Origin: a virus
Length of the DNA stretch: 52,467 nucleotides
Strand: one strand, 5' to 3'
IMG/VR virus record: IMGVR_UViG_3300020215_000009
Span: 1 to 52,467 of that record
The notes below the pieces were generated by a model. It was not told where the DNA came from. It worked only from the letters and a program-made list of their open reading frames with translations, and made no database searches. Positions 50,237-52,467 of this stretch are shown here, in pieces. Numbering within the stretch: position 1 is the stretch's first letter; the number at the start of each line of letters is the position of its first letter. The translations under genes and the position numbers were made by a program.

Positions 50237-50389
50237 TCAGCGGATGATGCGAAGATCGGAGACAAGGCACGGCCCTTCGCTTCCGTCTGCCCAACGGACA
50301 TAGGTGTAAAGCCCATGCCCATGCGACCATGTGCGCCCTCGGGTGCCGTTCTCCAAACTCCGGGTTTCTTCCCATGGCGGTTTTCTCAC
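50237..50389 (-). CDS. small protein (50 aa)
   Basis: GTG 50389 overlaps the stop of 50386..50919 (GTGA); tail of track ORF 50237..50482. Confidence 0.35.
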   Translation of the reverse strand: MRKPPWEETRSLENGTRGRTWSHGHGLYTYVRWADGSEGPCLVSDLRIIR

Positions 50390-50919
50390 CTGTCGGCAAT
50401 TCGGGCCTCGGCAGACCATGCATATACGTGCGCACGGGACATTTCGAGCGCTTGGATCAAATACGACTGGCGACCACGCCAAGACTCGATTTTATCCCAC
50501 AACTGGGAAATCTCCTTGCCCAATTCACCAATCCGTCGCCAGTCGGCTTCGGCTTCTTCCAAAAATTTCCGGTAGCGCAGACTCGCGTGTGCGAGGTCTT
50601 CGGCGCGACCGTCCGTCAGTTCAATCTTCGTCTGCCGACCACGTGAGTCAGTCCGGTACTTCGGGTCCCGCTCGTATGCATCCCTTGCCTCTTCCTTCAA
50701 CTCACTGAGTAGTAGCGAACGTTGGAGGTCAAAGTGCGACGGCGAGCGGCCCTTGGAATCGTATCGCGCCTTCAACATTGCCAGTTCGGCTTTCAGCGGC
50801 GCAACCCGCTGGCGCAGTGCGTAGACCCTCCGGGGTAGCTCCTCCAAAGCTCTCAGGAGCCCGTCAACGTCATAGCCGGTGTCCTGGGCCACCAGCAGCT
50901 TCAGGCGTGGCTCCGTCAC
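50386..50919 (-). CDS. hypothetical coiled-coil protein (177 aa)
   Basis: Track ORF; overlaps the stop of the Rad52-like gene by 4 nt. Confidence 0.6.
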   Translation of the reverse strand: MTEPRLKLLVAQDTGYDVDGLLRALEELPRRVYALRQRVAPLKAELAMLKARYDSKGRSPSHFDLQRSLLLSELKEEARDAYERDPKYRTDSRGRQTKIELTDGRAEDLAHASLRYRKFLEEAEADWRRIGELGKEISQLWDKIESWRGRQSYLIQALEMSRAHVYAWSAEARIADR

Positions 50920-51617
50920 TTCTCCACCCCGAAGCGCTCGCCCGTTGCCCTCTCTGTAGCCTCAACGGCCTGGCAGGCGAGCGCGTATTCCTCAAGAAGC
51001 CGCTTGCCGTGCATCTTCAGCCAGGGTCGCATCGGTGTTGTCATTCCGTCGATTACGAAGGTCTTTGCGGTATCCTCTGGGTTTGACTCGTAGACCTTCC
51101 TGAGGAACGCGAGCATCGCGTCGTGGTCTGCCGGACGGTTTGGGAGTGCCCACGTGGGTAGCGGCGGCGGGTCCCACCGGAACGACTTGCCATCCTTGGT
51201 CTTTCCGCGGAACCGCCCTTGTTCGTGGACTTGGGCGAACGTCTCCTCCAAGGAGTAGAGATAACGCCCAATTCCGAACTTGACTGCGGCGCGTTTCAGT
51301 GCGCCACTCAGGATGCCTTTCTCCGCTTCCACGTCAGTCGCACCCGAACCGTCCCATTTGGTTAGTTCGCGGCCATCAGGGAGTCGGATCGTTATGCCGC
51401 ACAGGACTCCACCACCGGGCGACGCCGTGAAGTGGTCCCACCAGTTCTCTGGTCCGCACACCTCGTCCAGCCGATTCATAATCGCACGCGCAGTCACGTA
51501 GCACAGACATATGGCCCATACGCGCCCGTTGGATTCTCCGGCAGACTGAACTCGGAACTCTAACTCATCCTCCCGGAAGGGCGCAGCAAGCGCCTTCCAA
51601 TCAATTTCCTTGGACAC
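50916..51617 (-). CDS. Rad52/22-family single-strand annealing recombinase (233 aa)
   Basis: Track ORF 50916..51671 trimmed to GTG 51617 after aaagggagtgcat; YVTARAIMNRLDEVCGPENW...ALKRAAVKFGIGRYLY fits the Rad52-type pattern. Confidence 0.65.
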   Translation of the reverse strand: MSKEIDWKALAAPFREDELEFRVQSAGESNGRVWAICLCYVTARAIMNRLDEVCGPENWWDHFTASPGGGVLCGITIRLPDGRELTKWDGSGATDVEAEKGILSGALKRAAVKFGIGRYLYSLEETFAQVHEQGRFRGKTKDGKSFRWDPPPLPTWALPNRPADHDAMLAFLRKVYESNPEDTAKTFVIDGMTTPMRPWLKMHGKRLLEEYALACQAVEATERATGERFGVEK

Positions 51618-51676
51618 ATGCACTCCCTTTACGACGGTGGAAGTAAATACCATAAACCTCGTACACGGCACCCACG

Positions 51677-51892
51677 TCAGTCTCCCACGCCAAGAATTTG
51701 GTCGGTTGAGACGCCTAGCGCGTCAGCGAGGCGCACCAGGTTTGTTGCAGATGGGATGCGGCGGTCGCATTCCCACTGGCTGATTTGCAGGTGGCCGAAG
51801 TCATCGGAAAGGCCCATGCGCTCCGCAAGCTGTTCCTGCGTCCACTCGCGCTTGTGGCGGAAATCTCGAATCCTATCTCCAGTTGTCTTCAT
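51677..51892 (-). CDS. XRE-family HTH regulator (71 aa)
   Basis: IRDFRHKREWTQEQLAERMGLS...ISQWE is an XRE HTH. Confidence 0.75.
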   Translation of the reverse strand: MKTTGDRIRDFRHKREWTQEQLAERMGLSDDFGHLQISQWECDRRIPSATNLVRLADALGVSTDQILGVGD

Positions 51893-51899
51893 ACCCCAC

Positions 51900-51928
51900 A
51901 GTATACCTTACGGTTTGCTACAACGCAA
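51900..51928 (-). promoter_or_regulatory. Promoter TTGCGT-N17-TATACT ending 7 nt before the ATG of 51892 (leaderless-type)
   Basis: -35 = complement of 51923-51928, -10 = complement of 51900-51905, 17-nt spacer. Confidence 0.5.
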
Positions 51929-51949
51929 GAGGTCGTGGAATCATTTTCA

Positions 51950-52153
51950 CTACCTCTGGGCTTCTTCCACGACCACGCCAAGCAGATCCATGCACTTGGT
52001 GCAGAGACGCTTGCGGGCGAGCGGCGAAAGCGTGTGCTGCCCATCGGCGCGGTAGCTAAATCCCACCGTTCGCGCTCGGCTTCCGCACCGCGCGTACATT
52101 TCGCCCGCACCGTTCATGTGGATCTTCTCGCGCGTGAACAGTAGCGTAAGCAT
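51950..52153 (-). CDS. hypothetical protein (67 aa)
   Basis: Track ORF; start abuts the stop of the junction gene. Confidence 0.5.
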   Translation of the reverse strand: MLTLLFTREKIHMNGAGEMYARCGSRARTVGFSYRADGQHTLSPLARKRLCTKCMDLLGVVVEEAQR

Positions 52154-52467
52154 TCAAATCTCCCACGGCAGGCTGTCTCTCCACTCCCCAATCTCGGCAA
52201 TTACCATCCTCGTATGAGGCGCGAACGTGGGCTGTTCAATGCACTGCCTCTCCAGGTTCGCCAGCAGGCGCGGGAGGTCTTCCACGAACATGGAGAGCGA
52301 GGGGTACGAGAGAAACGTGTCTTTCGCGTAGTCGAACCGGGGCGGTTCAAGCGCGATCACGTCCGCCAGCATCTTCGCCACGCCTAGGAGCCGTTCGCGT
52401 TCGGCGTCGGCAACTGCTATGTCTGCCGGTCCGCTCTTGGGGCTGGAGTGCTTGGCGTGACAGCGAC
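52154..52467 (-). CDS. 3' part of the junction-spanning gene (unique part 52154..52340; see feature 1..473)
   Basis: Track ORF 52154..52381 is only the truncated tail; the frame is open to the window end and continues at nt 473 of the circle. Confidence 0.6.
   Translation of the reverse strand, partial: RCHAKHSSPKSGPADIAVADAERERLLGVAKMLADVIALEPPRFDYAKDTFLSYPSLSMFVEDLPRLLANLERQCIEQPTFAPHTRMVIAEIGEWRDSLPWEI
52341..52467. repeat. Terminal overlap, second copy of nt 1-127
   Basis: Exact identity with nt 1-127. Confidence 0.95.

Overview
GC-rich 52,467-nt window whose first and last 127 nt are identical. It is a circularly closed, apparently complete tailed-phage genome of about 52.34 kb (siphovirus-like, HK97/lambda-type gene order), linearised arbitrarily inside a gene. 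Four blocks are visible (window coordinates). (1) A long leftward early operon starts at an XRE regulator (2553), crosses the window junction and continues 52153->42792. It holds another XRE, a Rad52-type annealase, Gp157-like and RusA-like proteins, a replication initiator with internal iterons, a DnaC-like loader and a Mom-like enzyme. (2) A rightward operon 4811->18091 carries about 40 mostly small orphan genes: membrane proteins, a TPR-like protein, an XRE, a Lar-like protein, an HTH + HExxH pair, two tandem Dam-like methyltransferases, an HNH endonuclease and a lipoprotein. (3) A leftward morphogenesis block 39683->18088 holds TerS, TerL, portal, MuF-like, tRNA-Thr, scaffold, decoration, major capsid, connectors, tail tube, frameshifted chaperones, tape measure, an SH3b hydrolase and a 1,732-aa fibre/spike. 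(4) A small rightward orphan operon 40096->42759 sits under a second XRE switch. No integrase, partition or protelomerase gene is visible. The most unusual observations are: a ~1.05-kb ORF-free, hairpin-dense region (3387-4441) with a tRNA-like T-arm/acceptor in the regulatory hub; two structurally twin back-to-back promoter switches with apparently leaderless XRE genes; a three-enzyme adenine-modification set plus Lar; a low-GC island with a chimeric methyltransferase and a repeat-flanked HNH gene; and two frame-hopping loci. All functional calls come from reading translated motifs, gene order and hand-checked coordinates. No database search was possible.
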